Notes: generated by a model not told the origin, from the letters alone. 39,292 bases of DNA from Coniocarpon cinnabarinum (GCA_051942205.1 JAVECO010000202.1:1-39292), one strand, 5' to 3'; positions 23,973 through 38,102 are shown, numbered from the stretch's first letter. Translations and numbers: made by a program.

Positions 23973-25389
23973 TCAAGCGGCGTATTCGTTCTGCAAGATC
24001 TTCGCAATTGTAGTCAGCTGAATATTGCTTGTCCCTTCGTATATCGCTCCGATCTTCGAATCGCGAAACATCTTTTCGGCAATGCCGTCTCGTACAAAGC
24101 CCATTCCACCCATCCATTCAACAGCCGAGCCACTCACCCGTCCAGCTACTTGACTTGCAAAGAGCTTAGCCATCGCTGCCTCTTTGACGAAATCTTTGCC
24201 ACATTCTTTCAGTCGCGCGGCGTTGTAGACTAAATTCCGAGCCGCCTGGATCTCTGTCCAGCCCTGAGCAAGCTGATGCTGCATGCCCTGAAAGTTGCCA
24301 ATCTTCGTGCCAAACTGTTCGCGGTCATTCCAGCAGTACCGAGCGGCATTCTCCCACGCCCCCAACGCGAGGCCAGTCCTAGAGATGGTCAGTAGAAAGC
24401 TCTCCAGTGCGAGTCAGACCTGACATACATCTGAGCGGCAATCCCTATTCGTCCCTCGTTCAACAGGCCTATCGCATACTTATACCCCTTGCCTTCCTCG
24501 CCCAGTAGGTGTGTATGTGGCACTTCTACATCGTCAAAGTTCACTACACAGGTGCTGCTCGCTCGAATGCCGAGTTTCTTCTCCTTCTTTGCGATTGAAA
24601 AGCCTTTGGCATCCCGCTCTACGACAAAGGCAGTGATGCCCTTGTAGCCTTGCGATGGATCGAGGTTGGCAAAGACAACAAAGAAGCCCGCTTCCATGCT
24701 ATTTGTGATCCACATCTTGCTACCCGATATCCTGTACCCATTTTCATTCTTAATGGCCTTTGTCTTGAGCGCAAAAGCATCTGATCCAGAGGCTGGCTCA
24801 GACAGACAGAATGAACCAATGGTATTGGTCGCCAATGTCGGTAGCCATTTTCGTTGGGTCTCTTTGGTGCCGTACTTGAGGATAGCTGTATTCACCAGAG
24901 TATTGTGCACATCGACCATGACGCTCACGCTCGGATCTACCCTCGCAAGCTCCTCAATCGCGGTAATTGCAGCGGTGAAATTCATGCCTGATCCCCCAAA
25001 CTCTTCTGGGATCTCGATGCCCATCAAGCCTTGCTCGAAGCATCTTTCAACAACCTCGGCGTCCATTTGCTCGTTCTCATCCATCGCTCGAACTCGTGGG
25101 GCTATGATTTCTTGAGCAAATTTGGACACTGAATCGGACATGAGAGACTCTGTCTCAGACATGTGGCTGATGGGAGTGGGGGGAATATCGGTAAGATCGG
25201 TTGGCTCGCCGATGGTTGTCTGACGAAAACGCGAGGCGCATGTAAATGAGCGTTGCCTGGACTGGTCAGCCTCCAGATTCCACGCTCGAAGACAGATTAT
25301 GGGGCGCACCACTGCCGCTGTCCTCGGAGACCTAGCGATCTGCTCATCACAGTGCTTGTGCATCGCCACGCGCGACACAGATGTGCCAT
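23973..25389 (-). CDS. Mitochondrial short/branched-chain acyl-CoA dehydrogenase
   Basis: FCLSEPASGSDA, GSKMWITN, KLGIRASST, LNEGRIGIAAQM, REQFG, KIGAIYEGTSNIQ; 2 introns. Confidence 0.95.
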
Positions 25390-26002
25390 TCTGTCGAGGC
25401 TACTGCGGACCAATCCGTGGGCGTTCCACAACTAATTGTTCTGAAGGCGAAGTGGACGAAGCACCTATATTAGGCCAAATATTGTTCTAGAGCTACTGTA
25501 CAAGATGGAGATGCAACCTGGGGAAGATGAAATGCAGGATCACATGTAAACTTCCGATCGAGGCAGCACGTGATTTGGCGCAAACGCCGATCATCATGGC
25601 GAGGTGGCTCACCCAATGAAGCGCAGGGTGAGCTGGTAGGTACTTTGTACAGATCTGTTATAGATGAAAATGTCAAATCCGTGGAATGAGCCTGCATGAT
25701 CATCTGCTGTGCAAGCAACTTGGTCCCACAACCCTTTGGCAACGCAAGCCACCTCAAAGCCTTTGGCGGAGGGATCCAATGGATGCGAGGAAGCTGCCTT
25801 CGGTGAGCATAACAGTGCGCCGATGTGAGCGCATAAACACGCCGAACCGAGATTGTACCCACAGCTAGCGGCATACATCCCTCCATCTGGGTTGGCATTC
25901 GCTCAACTCTGCTTGCTCGGAGAGCAGATCTGCATCAGGTGGCCGTAGCTGTTCACTTCGGCGCAGGCATGGGCGGTCCAGAACAAAGCGATCTGTGAGC
26001 AT

Positions 26003-27285
26003 CTACCCCTCGGGACGACGGGCGACCCAAACGTGTCTGTTGCAGGTCAAGTCAGCAACCTTTGGTCATCTATCATCCCCAAATGGTTTGGCTGCGGCAA
26101 AGAAGAGAACTCACACGTTGTGATAAGCGTGAAATCTTCTGTTCAAAACCGCCTGACTCACGGCCCCCAAGAGCCTCTGAACGTCCACATCTTGCCATCC
26201 AAATGCGGTCGTCATTGGTCCTATGCTAAGCGCCTCGATCCACTCCAAAAAACATGCGCAATACCTGCGTCCTATGGCTTTGAGGTGGGTGTCTCTCGGC
26301 CAGGTATTGAAAGGCGCCCTGAACACGGACTCTTGAATCTCCACAAAACCTGCGCGCTCCAGCATCTCCCGGGTGTCGTGATTGTATGCTATCGGACGTC
26401 CAACGCGGCTAGTCGCGTCCTTTAGGTATTCATACCATTGTTTGAGTGGTGCCTCAGGCATAGTACCGTCATCGCATCGCGGCTCCAAGTCAACTTCGAT
26501 CTGCTCAATGTATCCGACGCCAGGCTTTAGGTGGCTGCGTCATAAGTCAGAAAATCGCCTTGAGAAAATCGCTCCACACGCGTCGGCCATCTCACCTGAA
26601 AATCTTCTGGTACAGGTTGGGCCAACTTTGAACACTTCCAAGTGCCTGTCGTAAATGTATCAAGTTCCACGAGTCAAGCCCGAAACTCCATGGGTTCAGG
26701 TAGTCGATCCCGACGTTGAAGCGAAGATTGTCTGGCATCCTTCGAGCAGACGTTAGCCCCAGCATGTATCAGGCAACGAGCTATCGCGAATCAAAGTTTA
26801 CCCACATCCGAGGCTGTATATTGGCCAGATCAATGCCCATGACCTCTGTGTTGCGGTATCGGCTAAACGGCCTTCAGTAGGGTCGGACCTGGTCGTGGAA
26901 GGCTTAGACTCACTCAGCCATGTCGATTGCCCATATGCCAGTACCCGTCCCCAGATCAAGTATCCGGAAGTCCTTGTCGTTCTGCACCGGCGCTCGGTGG
27001 AGCTCGTTGCGTCGCGCTTCGAGGAGGATGGTGTGGAGCATGTCCATGCGAACCTTTTCTTGCTTTGCGAAAGAAGCCCGGTCAGCACGTAGAGCTCGGC
27101 TCATGCAGGAATGTGACCGTGCAGGTACCTCATCGCATGGATAGAGATATACGCCTCTTCGAAATGCGCAGTATTCACGCCCGTGCTCAGTGATGGTGGC
27201 CGAGGGTGAGGAACTGCTCGGGAGAAAGCTCAGTATTGCTGCCCAGCGTCGGAAGGGCGAGAGCAGCTTACGTGGGCGAAGCCAT
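26003..27285 (-). CDS. laeA: LaeA-type SAM-dependent methyltransferase (secondary metabolism/development regulator)
   Basis: Spliced EHGREYCAFRRGVYLYPCDE|QEKVRMD, ILDLGTGTGIWAIDMA, HLKPGVGYIEQIEVDLEPRCDD, GRPIAY, C-terminal HVWVARRP; 6 introns. Orthology to LaeA versus an Llm paralog is inferred from motif similarity. Confidence 0.85.
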
Positions 27286-27976
27286 GTTCGAGACGGTGCC
27301 CCGGGAGACTCATTGGGGGTCGGGCGCGCTCGTGAGGATCGGTCAGTGCTTGAGCCGAGGGGCCGGCCCGGGAGGGATCAAACAAGCACGGGGTGTCGGG
27401 GTGGAGGAGAGGCCGCGCATAGGCAAAGCAGGATGGTGTTGGCGGTGACGTGTGGCGGCGAAGGTCGACTGAGATGGACGAAAAGAGCGGCGCAAACGCG
27501 AGCAACGAGGGCACAGCGAAAAGGCACGCAAGCAAAGAAAGAGGGGAAGGCCGGCGGCGCGTCCAGGAGGGCAAAGGAGGGTGAGAGCGAGCGAGAGGTG
27601 GTGGTGTTAAGAATAACAACTTTTTGTGGGAAGAGTGTATCACAAGGATGGGAGAGGAGCACTCCATCTGCTGGGGCGAAGGATGGATTCCCGGTGAGGC
27701 GGGTCGCGGTACCGAATCCCATTTGTTTCCGTGGCGCAGGGTTCTGAAGAATTTCCCACCGGCACGCTACACGGTGCAGCCTGGATCCATTGCCTCGCCC
27801 TGCCCGTTCTCGTGGTCCGCTCTGCTCTGCTCCTTCTTTCTTCCCCTCCCCACCACTCCCAACGCCCAACGCTCCCTCGGGCGATCACGCCCTCCCCGTG
27901 CCTCGCCATTGCGCCCCTCTCAGTCGTCGAGCCCCTTGACGCCGTCAACGACCTACCCGCCCGCGGGGTCGTGCGA

Positions 27977-28003
27977 TCTCTCTCCCTCTCCCTCTCCCTC
28001 TCC
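27977..28003 (+). repeat. (TCTCCC)n pyrimidine tract
   Basis: tctctctccctctccctctccctctcc. Confidence 0.85.
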
Positions 28004-29150
28004 GGCCTCACGCTACCATCGCACTAAGATCGTCTCACCCAAGCCACTGGGCTCAGCGGTCGAAGCGCACCAAGGGCTTCTGCCCCGGCCCACCCTGTGC
28101 TGTTCGTCGTTCTTTCGGTAGCCTTCCGCAACGCCGGCTTTGTTCGTGGGTGGTCCTTCTTCCAGAGCGGCTCTTTCTCGTCGACGCCATCATCAACCGA
28201 TCGAGTTCGCCAACATTTCGAATACTACGTCACGGTCAGCGCCACTGGCGAGGCCGTGAGAGCTTGCGAGCTTAAATGACGGCTATCCCTTCCTGATGTG
28301 AGGAAGCTTGAGCGTGCACGCCTGCATCTCTGACGTCTGACTGGACGGCAGACGATCGCTTTCCCAATGATCGCTTTTACGTGCAGCGTGCAGGAGATCG
28401 GATGGGCGCATGGGTCGCACACGGCAGTGTCAGTTTCTGCAGGTCACACCCTGTTCGTCGGGTGTGACGAATTCGAATGTTAAACGGCTGGTGGAGCAGA
28501 TCGCCGTCGCTCTTGTGTTTAGATATCGTGACGCGATGATTTTTGTTAGCCTGATGTCCAAACGCCATGGTAGCAGGCATGCAAACTTCCCCATGCAGCT
28601 ATCACCAGCCTTTTCGTTGCCGCACTTACCGTCGTTGAGCTCAATACTTGGGATGGGTGTGCACGCCCATCGCAGGACCGCAACATCCACATCCGCCTTT
28701 GAAGCATCATACGCCTAGCGAGCTCTGCCAATGCTACACCGACGACCGCAATGGCACAACGGCCCAACGACAAATGGCGTGGGCGTTGGCGTCGACTCAG
28801 AGCTATAGACAAAGGCCGTGTTATCAAGAGCGCTCTCAATGCAGAATCTCAGAGAAGTGATGCACGAGCGACCAGTTCTTCTCGCACATAGCACAGACGA
28901 AGAGATCTGTATGCTAAAGAGGCCGAGTGGCATTTGTGGTTACGGCAAGGGTCAGGGACAAAAGCCATTGCCGCATCTCAGCCAAGGCAACGAGCCCGTG
29001 CGATAAGCACAACAGACCCAAGAGTACAACGGCGAGAGGCTTTTGTCAGTGACAAGTTGCTGAAATATAGTGCGGCAAGTACTATCCTGCGAGGCCCTTG
29101 CGCGACGTGTGCATCTTCTAAGAGGTCCTAGGCCGGTGACATGTTCTATC

Positions 29151-29207
29151 TCATCACGTGACTTAGCGTCCACGGAAGCCACCTCAACGCAGACAGCATC
29201 ACGTGAT
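29151..29207. promoter_or_regulatory. Pair of palindromic E-boxes TCACGTGA in the laeA/histidine kinase intergenic region
   Basis: TCACGTGA at 29154-29161 and 29199-29206, both preceded by CA. Confidence 0.45.
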
Positions 29208-29946
29208 TCAAAGAAAGATGTCACGTCTGTGACGACGACACGACCGCTAGCGAGGTCTAAATTCTATACGCAAATCAAGTCCCTTCTTCTATTCTAATAC
29301 TTGTGAATGCCGTCTCGGCCTTACAGCTCGGCGTGGTCTAACGAGCCGCCTCGCTTTCCAGAAGTGAACCACACACCTACGAATCCACAGCACGGTGCAA
29401 CGGCTGAGGGTAGCGCGATACTGATGTCTGATATCTCAGCGATCCGAAGCGAAGGGAATAGTCTCTCACACGGGCCCTCAGTCTGCTCTTGCTGAGGAAG
29501 GCTCCAGGTCTGTGACTACGATATAGCAGAATCACGGCCTGTCTCAAGTCGTGATGGATGTAGCTCTGCGTCGTCGCCTTGCAACGACGCCTTCGCGACC
29601 ACGTCTCAGGCATCCGAGTGTTAGAGCGGAGTTATCTGGTAGCAGGCGGATGAGGTATTCCTGTGCTCCCGGCTGCAGGTATGTAGAGACATCCTGCGTG
29701 ACTGCCTAGGTGAGGTTTAGGTACACTGTAGGCGTGGCAGGGTCCTGACGTGTGCACGCCACCACGCTCTGCTCAGCCTTCCATAGTCTACCCACAGCGC
29801 CCCGTCTGACGAAAGACTTGGAGCGACCCCGTGGTCTTGCATCAGCTCTGCTTGTATCGCCGAAGCTGCAACCCGCTCGTCTCAAAAGCATCAATGCGCT
29901 TCTTCGCCTTATCCGTACTGGCGGCCGCCCACCCTAACGTGGCTCG

Positions 29947-32900
29947 ATGAACAACAGCACCCGCTCCATCTTCACTGATGTACGCTTCACATCGCGATAT
30001 AGTCAGGAGGGGCCTGCCTCACATAGCCCTACACTTCGACGTTCGATTTCTGAGTCGGGTGACTTCTTTGTTCAATCCCCTCCTACCTCTGTCCTAAATC
30101 CGTACCTACCGCCGCAGAACAATGTTATTGAGCATGGGAACTCTGAAGATTCGGCGACGCGTGCCAGTGCTTTCTACAACCCGCGAAAAAGCTCTCCGTC
30201 GATAAATGGTCGCAAGCGTCGCCCCACATCGAGCACAGAGCATAGCCCACGGTCAGGCTCGGCACGCAAGAAAAAACGACAGGATACGTCTGTTTTCAAT
30301 CGACGCCTCTCTCACGGCGCATCTCCCGGGTTTGGGTCAGGCTCTCGAGCAGCGCTTCCATCCCCACTCTTCTTCTCCCACTCGCCGTCACAACGCCCCC
30401 AGCTTCCTCCTCGTTTCTCGAGCTCCGAAGCGGGCGCAAAGATGCTAAGCAAAGCGCAAGGCGAAGACCGCACTATTAGGAGAGTCACCCTGGCACGGGG
30501 CTCGGTGACCTCTGCTGCGAGTCCTACCACTCCGTCTAGGCCAGCGCCTCGCGCCATATATTCTTCAGAGCCCAACAGCTTTTCCCGTAATGAGTCAGGA
30601 TCACCCGATCTTTGGCAGCCGCGACAATCTCCAACGGCGTTTAGCGACATCGGTTTAGTAGAGCTACTCGAGCATGACCCTCGTCCTACTTGCGTTCTTG
30701 ATTTAGCAGACACAAAGAATTTTCATTCCGAAAACCTACACATCCTCTACGGCAACCCAGCTTTCTATGAGAAGTGCACCCTGCGACCCTCGCAGACGGC
30801 TCACATCGATTCAAGTGTGGGTGTTGCCCATTGCTTTGAGAAATTGTCTGCCGTCAAAGCCTGGATCTTCGCCCTCGCGCAAGCCGCGAATGAAAACCCC
30901 AAGATCTCCTCGGTCCTAGAAGACGGCAGTACTCTTTGGTCATGTGCGTTCCCACGAAGAAACCTCATCGTCGTGAGTGGCGTTGAGAATGCCGACTTTA
31001 TGCAAAGCAGCCGTATGCTCGTGCCTACTCCAACGAGTACGCCCTCAGTTGTTTTCAAGGATGCGGGCATGAAATTCTCACCTCTAGCTCGAGCCCCCAC
31101 CTCCGGTGAAACACCGGACTATTTTGGACTCGCCAGAGGGAATCTAGGCGAGGACTATTTGAACAAGTCCCATGTGGCAGGACGAACTCCTGACCAGGTT
31201 GCAGCGAGTCCAACGTCCACTCTGCCCAGTTTGCAAGATTCTCTGCGAACACCTCACACGCCGACTGTGACGGGAGACATGCTCGAGCGGTATCCTGCCG
31301 AACATGTACTATCTGCTGCGGCAGCTGGCAATTTTGATACGATCCAGAAAATCTCAGACGTCAAGGAGGTAGGGTTTTTCGACTGGACTCGACTACCTGT
31401 CTCCAGCTCGCTCCCGCAGCATATACAATTTGCACGCAGTGTCGACTGGGCCAACACTGCGCTTGGTCCTATTGAGGACTGGTCTCCTGATTTACGTCAG
31501 ATGTGTAATTTGATTATGGCGAGCCCCCATCCTGCAGCCATGTACTGGGGCGAACAGCTTGTCGCAATCTACAATGAGGCCTATGTTCTACTCGCCGGTC
31601 AGAAGCATCCGGCGTTGATGGGTCAGAGCTACAGAGTTGCTTGGGCGGAGATCTGGGACGAAGTCAAGGAAGTTTTCAATAGTGCTCAAACCACGGGACA
31701 AGCCACAATGAAGGATGACGACTGTCTTTTCATCAGGAGGAATGACTTTCTGGAGGAGACATACTTTTCGTGGTCAATCATTCCACTCGTTGGTGAAGAT
31801 GGATCAGTTATGGGTAAGTGTCATTTTTTTTTCCAAATGCGCTCTCGAGTATGGACTACTCGTTTCCCCTACGTGATATCCAATTTGTCGGGAGATGCTT
31901 TTGATCCTGGCTCATTGATTGGCTGCGCCGTGCAAACGCGGCGCCGGGCTCCTGAGAATATCAACGACGCTGACAATTTGACTCAGGCCTGTACAATCCA
32001 GCGTTCGAGAAGACTCGCAGAAAAATTGCCGAGCGGAGAATGCTTACCCTGCGAGAAATTGGTGAACGGACGTCAGCTGCAAGAGATGTAAGCAGCTTCT
32101 GGGCTGCCGTGCTTCAAGCTCTTGACTGCAACGAGTTTGACACGCCTTTCGTTCTGCTCTATTCCCTTCATGGCGAAGGCGACTTTCGCGAGGACTCGTC
32201 TATCCACTCGAGCAACATGACAGGCTTCTCCAATCCGGGGACGACTTGCAGCCTTGAAGGTGCACTTGGGGTACCACAAGGTCATCCAGCCGCTCCAGTC
32301 TCTGCGGAAATGAGTAGTGACGAAGGGTACGTGCCGATTTTTAGAGAAGTACAGAAGACCAATCGAGCCGTCGTTTTGGACTCTATGAGTGGCAGTATCT
32401 CACCTGTACTGCTTGAGAATCTGAACGTCCGGGGTTTCAGTGATCCTGTGCAATCTGTGGTCGTCTGCCCCATACATCCAACGACGCACGAGCTAACACT
32501 CGGCTTCCTTGTCCTCGGCGTCAACCCACGTCGACCTTTTGACGAAGACTACCATCTTTTCGTGCAATTGCTCGGTAGACAGCTTGCGACCTCATTAGCC
32601 TCGGTTGTACTGTTCGAGAATGAAATCAAAAGAGGCCAGCAGGTGAGTGTCCATCTTCCCAGTTATCTACTTGTCGGCCGGTCGCTGCTGGTCGTACACA
32701 TAGTCACGTCCAAAAAGCACATGCCAAGTTACTGCGAGTTCACATTGTCTTAGCCACACTTGTACTGACATAACCTGCTGCAGGCTGCGAAAGAGGCTGC
32801 CTTGGACAAGATTGAGCTCTCCGAACAGCTTGCTGCTAGGACTGAGGAAGCTATTGAATCAGAAACCAAGTTTACCAATCTGGCCAACTTTGTACCTGTC

Positions 32901-34801
32901 GGCGTGTTCATTGGTTCCTCCGAGGGCATAATCACGTACTGCAACGAGTCTTGGCTTTCCATCAGCCAGGTCCCTCCTAACAACATAGACAAGTGGATTG
33001 ATTTTGTAAAAAAGGAAGACATGGATGACGTTCGTCGATTATGGCACGACCTCACGATCGAAAAGAAGTCCGTCAGTGCCGAGTTCAGATTCGCTTCGTC
33101 GTGGACGGACAGAAATGGAGTAAAAGGTGATACTTGGGTGCTATTCTCTGCTTACCCCGATCAACATGAAAATGGGAGTGTATTTGGCAGCATCACCCAT
33201 ATCAGTAATCAAAAGTGGGCTGAAGAATTGCAGAAGCGAAAAATGCAAGAAGCGGTTGAGCTGAAGAGGCAGCAAGAGAACTTCATCGACATCACGAGCC
33301 ACGAGATGCGCAACCCACTGAGTGCTATTCTGCAATGTGCCGATGAGATCATCTTCTCACTCAGCGAGAAAAGAAATACAACGAATGACGTTGCAAATGC
33401 GGTCCTCTTCGACGAAACTGTCGACGCTGCCCATACGATAGCCTTATGCGCGCAGCATCAGAAACGGATTGTGGATGATATTTTGACACTTTCGAAGCTC
33501 GATTCCGCATTGCTCATGGTGACACCGGTTGATGTTCAGCCCATCACTGTCGCGCAGCGAGCCCTAAAAATGTTCGAGGGAGAAGTGCAGTCGGCGTCCA
33601 TTGACATGCAATTCAGGGTCGATGCCTCACTGCAGAGCCTTGATGTCGATTGGTGCAAGGTCAGCCTTCATATGCAATTCCTCGAGGACGTTAGACACTG
33701 ACTGAGTGCACCTAGTTTGATCCTAGTCGGGTGCTACAAGTTTTGATCAACTTGACCACCAACGTATGCACCCTCCAAGTGCCTAGATAATACTGCGAGC
33801 AGCACGACTGACTATTTCGTTAGGCTATCAAATTCACCACATCTGAGAGTCGCCGCGATATCACTATCACGCTTGCCGCATCTACAGTCAAGTTCTCAGA
33901 GCTTTCCGACCCTGTCGTGAGTTACTTTCCCAGCCGTCCCAAGAAATACAATAGCGAAGAGGGTGCTGAATGGGGCGACGGCGAGGAGATTTACATTCAA
34001 TTTGCGGTGCAAGACACAGGTCGAGGACTCAGCACTGAAGAGAAAAAAATGCTCTTCATGCGATTCTCTCAAGCCAGTCCACGCACCCATGTGCAATATG
34101 GCGGTAGTGGACTCGGCCTTTTCATCTCACGTGAACTCACTGAATTGCAGCATGGACAGATTGGAGTTGCTTCAGAAGCTGGCAAAGGTAGCACGTTCGC
34201 ATTTTTCATTAAGGCGCGGAAGACAATACCACCAAGTCAACCTTTAGAGCAAGCGTTAGGAATGAGTGGGCGACAGACCACGGCGAGGCGATTGGCAAGC
34301 CGTTCACAAATCCAAGCGTCATCAGCGAATGCCGACGCATTGGAGAAGAAGAAGAAGAAGCTCAACGGGGCTCTGAAAGTACTCATCGTTGAGGATAATC
34401 TCGTGAACCAGAAGGTATTGCAAAGACAGCTACGCAACATGGGATGCGAGACCCATGTTGCTAACCATGGTGGAGAAGCCCTGGATCGTTTGCGGGACTC
34501 ATGGTTTGCTGCACGCCGCGGTCCCGACGTCATCGCCATAGATGTCGTGCTGATGGACCAAGAAATGCCCGTCATGGACGGTCTGACGTGTACGAAGAAG
34601 ATAAGAGAACTGGAGCAGAGCGGCGACTTCACCCGCCACATCCCTGTCATCGCGGTCACGGCGAACGCACGCGTGGAGCAGATAACGACAGCGCGGGAGG
34701 CTGGTATGGACGACGTTGTCAACAAGCCGTTTCGAATTCAAGAGCTGATTCCCAAGATGGAAGAGCTCACCTTGCGATACCAAGAAGCGGCGGATGCCTG
34801 A
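29947..34801 (+). CDS. Hybrid histidine kinase (PAS/GAF-like sensors, HisKA, HATPase, receiver)
   Basis: H-box DITSHEMRNPL, N-box QVLINLTTN|AIKF, G1 VQDTGRG, G2 GGSGLGL, receiver VEDN...DQEMPVMDG...KP; introns 31814-31986, 32643-32783, 33660-33715, 33764-33823 restore the frame. Confidence 0.96.
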
Positions 34802-35550
34802 AATGTGCGGGCGCAAGAGGCGACGGAGCTGTGTCGCGTGGAGTGTGGCTCGGCGATTGTGGTCGAATTTGGGCCTGAGGGTCAATCAGGGGAGGGGAAT
34901 TCACATTAGCACGCATTGTACATGAGACACGAATCCAAGTTAATACGCCACCAGGGAATAGCAAGGATGGCCCGAAGCGTTAGAGAGAAAGGACAGCCGC
35001 TGTGATTGACACTGTCGTGGAACTTGCTGGATCGTCGAAGCTGTCCGCCAGCTCCTCGGGCTGAGATGCTCAATGCAAAGCAAGAGGAGAGGTCCGAGTT
35101 GGGCCGCCGGATCGCACCATGCCCAATGGGGGCTGATCCCACCTCCGAGGCGCCGGAGCTTCGGGCGATGAGAGAGGGAGAGCGGGCCGAGACCTCGGGA
35201 ACGTGCTCCTGCGCGGCCTCCGCACCTCAAGTACTCCATATCACGTCCTACGGGTGAGGCACCCAGTGAATGCTCCCCACTCAGGCCCGTCACGGAGCCA
35301 CTGCGCCGTCGCTGCCCTCTCGAGCTCCCTGCTTGCCTTTGTGCCAACTACTTTTCGAGGACGCAGGTCGTGGTGCGTCTCCAGTGGCTGCCGACGAACA
35401 TGAGTGAGGCTCGTTATACGCGAGCACGCTGCCCGGTCTCATAGTCGCCCACGCGCCTATAATTAATCCATCAACAGCACTTCTCGCGACTCGGACATAT
35501 CGCGTGCTGCTGGATAGTCGCACGACCTATTCACCTGGTGCCTGTCTTGC

Positions 35551-38102
35551 GATGGCGGCGTTGACAATGCCATCTTCAAATTCCGCGGCCCACTCGCCAT
35601 TCTCATTCTACAACGACTCTGCCAGCTCTCCTACTAGCTCTAAAGGCTCGCGCGAGAAAGAAAAGGCCTGTCATGAGTTCGTCTCGCATCCTTCACATCT
35701 GGCCAAATATATGTCGCTGCTGCAAACCGCTGACAGATGGTGGACAGCGATGCGCTCGGGCTTCCCACATCACCGTACCCGCAGAACGTGGAGCCATCAC
35801 CAGTTGACTCCAACGGCACCGCAAGCACAGACACAACAGAGATAGACGAAACACCCCAAGATCAAGCGCAGGCTAAGCAAGACGATCCAAATGTGGCCAT
35901 GATGGCCAGCCCACTCAGTCCGAGCGCTCAGGTATGTCGCCTAGTTCTGCACACTTCTCACAGCATGGCTGACCTTTCGTTGAAGCTTGAGAAGCTCGAC
36001 ACGGACGTGCGCACATCTGCATCTGACGAAGAAGCCCATCCGCAATCGGTTATACATGCGCCAGAGCATTTTCAACAATTTGTGAGCTTTCTGCGATCTA
36101 AGAGGCGGGCGCAAGTGACTAACGAATGCAGTCCACCCCAACACCTCATACGAAGACGGGTAGCATCAGCTCACCCTCAGATCGATCCGCGCACACAACA
36201 GTATCCCCCGCTTTACTGGATCAGCGCGAAACGCCATCTACGCCTGTCGTCACCGTCGCCGACCATCTCAAGTCGGACCTGAAGGCGGCCCGCAGAGATT
36301 CAGCAACTTCACCGCTCAAAACCGACCTGCCAGCTGCACCAGCCGCCGATCGCTCCACCCCGCAGGCGCAAACGATCCAAGAAGCTGAAGAAGAATATCA
36401 AAAGCGCAAGAGTTCGAGTGGCAACCTCGCTGGTATCCCCGAGTCCAGCGATGGCGATCGTCAGGTTGCTGATCACACCGAGACAGTGTCAACGACGGAA
36501 GCGCCACAAGTCGTCGTGATTGGAGAATGTGAGCATAATCAGCAGGTACATAGCCTACGGATGGCACTGAATGAATGCTGGACGCTCTGCAATACTTTGG
36601 CCAACCTTTCCTCAAACCACCGAAATCGCATCTTTGCGCACCGTGGCCAATCGTCGATGCAGGAACAGGCGTGGCGCTCTTGCTGGCGACTTTGCCAGAA
36701 CCTCTATGAGAATCAAGCCGAGGACTATGCTGGGCTCATTTTACCGACCCTTGAAATGTGCCGCGAGTTTTGCCAGGCGCTTTTTGACGCTCGTCTTAAG
36801 GGAGACGAGATATCCGACTCTGTGCTGCGGGTCTCTTTCGAGCTCAATAATCATCTCTACAATACGCACGACCGCAATTTGCCCAGCGCATTTCAGGAAA
36901 GGACGCTTGACTTTTACGTCACTCTGTGTCATCGTCTGATGAAGCAACGCACTAGCTTGCCTCCTGAGACGGACAACCTGCTACGAGCGTGCTGGACACT
37001 GGCAGAGATGCTTTTCAGCATCCGGCAAAACTCACGTCAGAGCCGCGGCGAGGATGAGGAGCTCTTGAGTAGCGCCGTGCAGGCTTGCTGGGATCTTTGT
37101 GACCTGTTTCGTGAGGGCTGGACGCAAGTGCGGCCGACCACGGGGACTGAGCGCGGCACGCCACGTCCTCCGCATCAGCCGATCACCTCCCTTTCACCCA
37201 CGGGCGATTCGATCCAGAGCAACTCTCTGTTCTCGTCCACCTCGTCGCGCAGCGTGACCCGGTCCAGCTCAGCATACTCGCAGGGCCCGCTGAATGGCGA
37301 GCCGAAGCCATTGCCTCCGGAGACACCCACGACCATCTTCGATGACACGACCGAGTCGCCACTGGATGGCGACGAAAGCAATGTCCCCAACATCCTGGTG
37401 CTTGGTCCCGAGCAAGCTGGCGCGCGCAGCAACCACCACCGGTGGACAGACTCGGCTTCCACCCTCAGCGGCTACACAGAGTCTTCCCAGCGCACCTCCT
37501 CCACTGCAACCGCTCCCGCGCAGAGCTCTGCGACCGCGGCCAACCTCACCCGAGTTCGCGTCCTGCTGCTTCGTGCCGCTTTCACCGCCGGCTTTCAGCT
37601 TCGCAGCCCTTCGCAAGCACCCACGGGGTCTCCCATCGTCGGCTCCTCTGCCTCCACCATCGCCGCCAAGTCCACACCCCTGGTCGCAACGAGCCCTCCA
37701 GCCCTCAGCCAGCAGAATGACGCCCTCATCGCGTTCGTTCGCACCCTCTCGGCCACGGCGTTCGGCGCCGCGCCTTGGCAACAGGGCATCGTCGACAACT
37801 ACCGTCGCTTCGTGCTCGCCTGGCCCAGGATCATCCGCTCGTCCGTCTCCAGCACGGCTATCATGACTGCCGAGGGCACGCCCCTCAAGGCGTCCAAGAA
37901 CGGAGACGACATGACGCGCGTGGCCGCCCACGTGATCGTGTCGCCTGCGGCGCAGACACACACGAACGCGCAGGAGATTGCGAGCGCCGTCCGCTGGATG
38001 TGTCGCAAGCCCAGCAACAACTGGCTCATCGACCTGCACCGCGCCGTGTTTGGGAGCGGGGCCGAGGACGCGTCCGCCACGACGAGGGAGATTGTGGCGT
38101 GA
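35551..38102 (+). CDS. Hypothetical protein with Cys/Trp-containing helical core
   Basis: Introns 35677-35747, 35932-35985, 36082-36131 join the ORFs; core ALNECWTLCNTLANLS...AWRSCWRLCQ...QACWDLCDLFREGW. Confidence 0.85.

Noticed and set aside
20874..27285. Secondary metabolite cluster around the Zn2Cys6 factor, acyl-CoA dehydrogenase and methyltransferase
   Set aside because: No PKS, NRPS or terpene backbone gene in the window; the genes look like core or regulatory genes.
27190..28121. Several 120-185 aa ORFs upstream of laeA
   Set aside because: Low-complexity translations of GC-rich promoter/UTR sequence with no domain.
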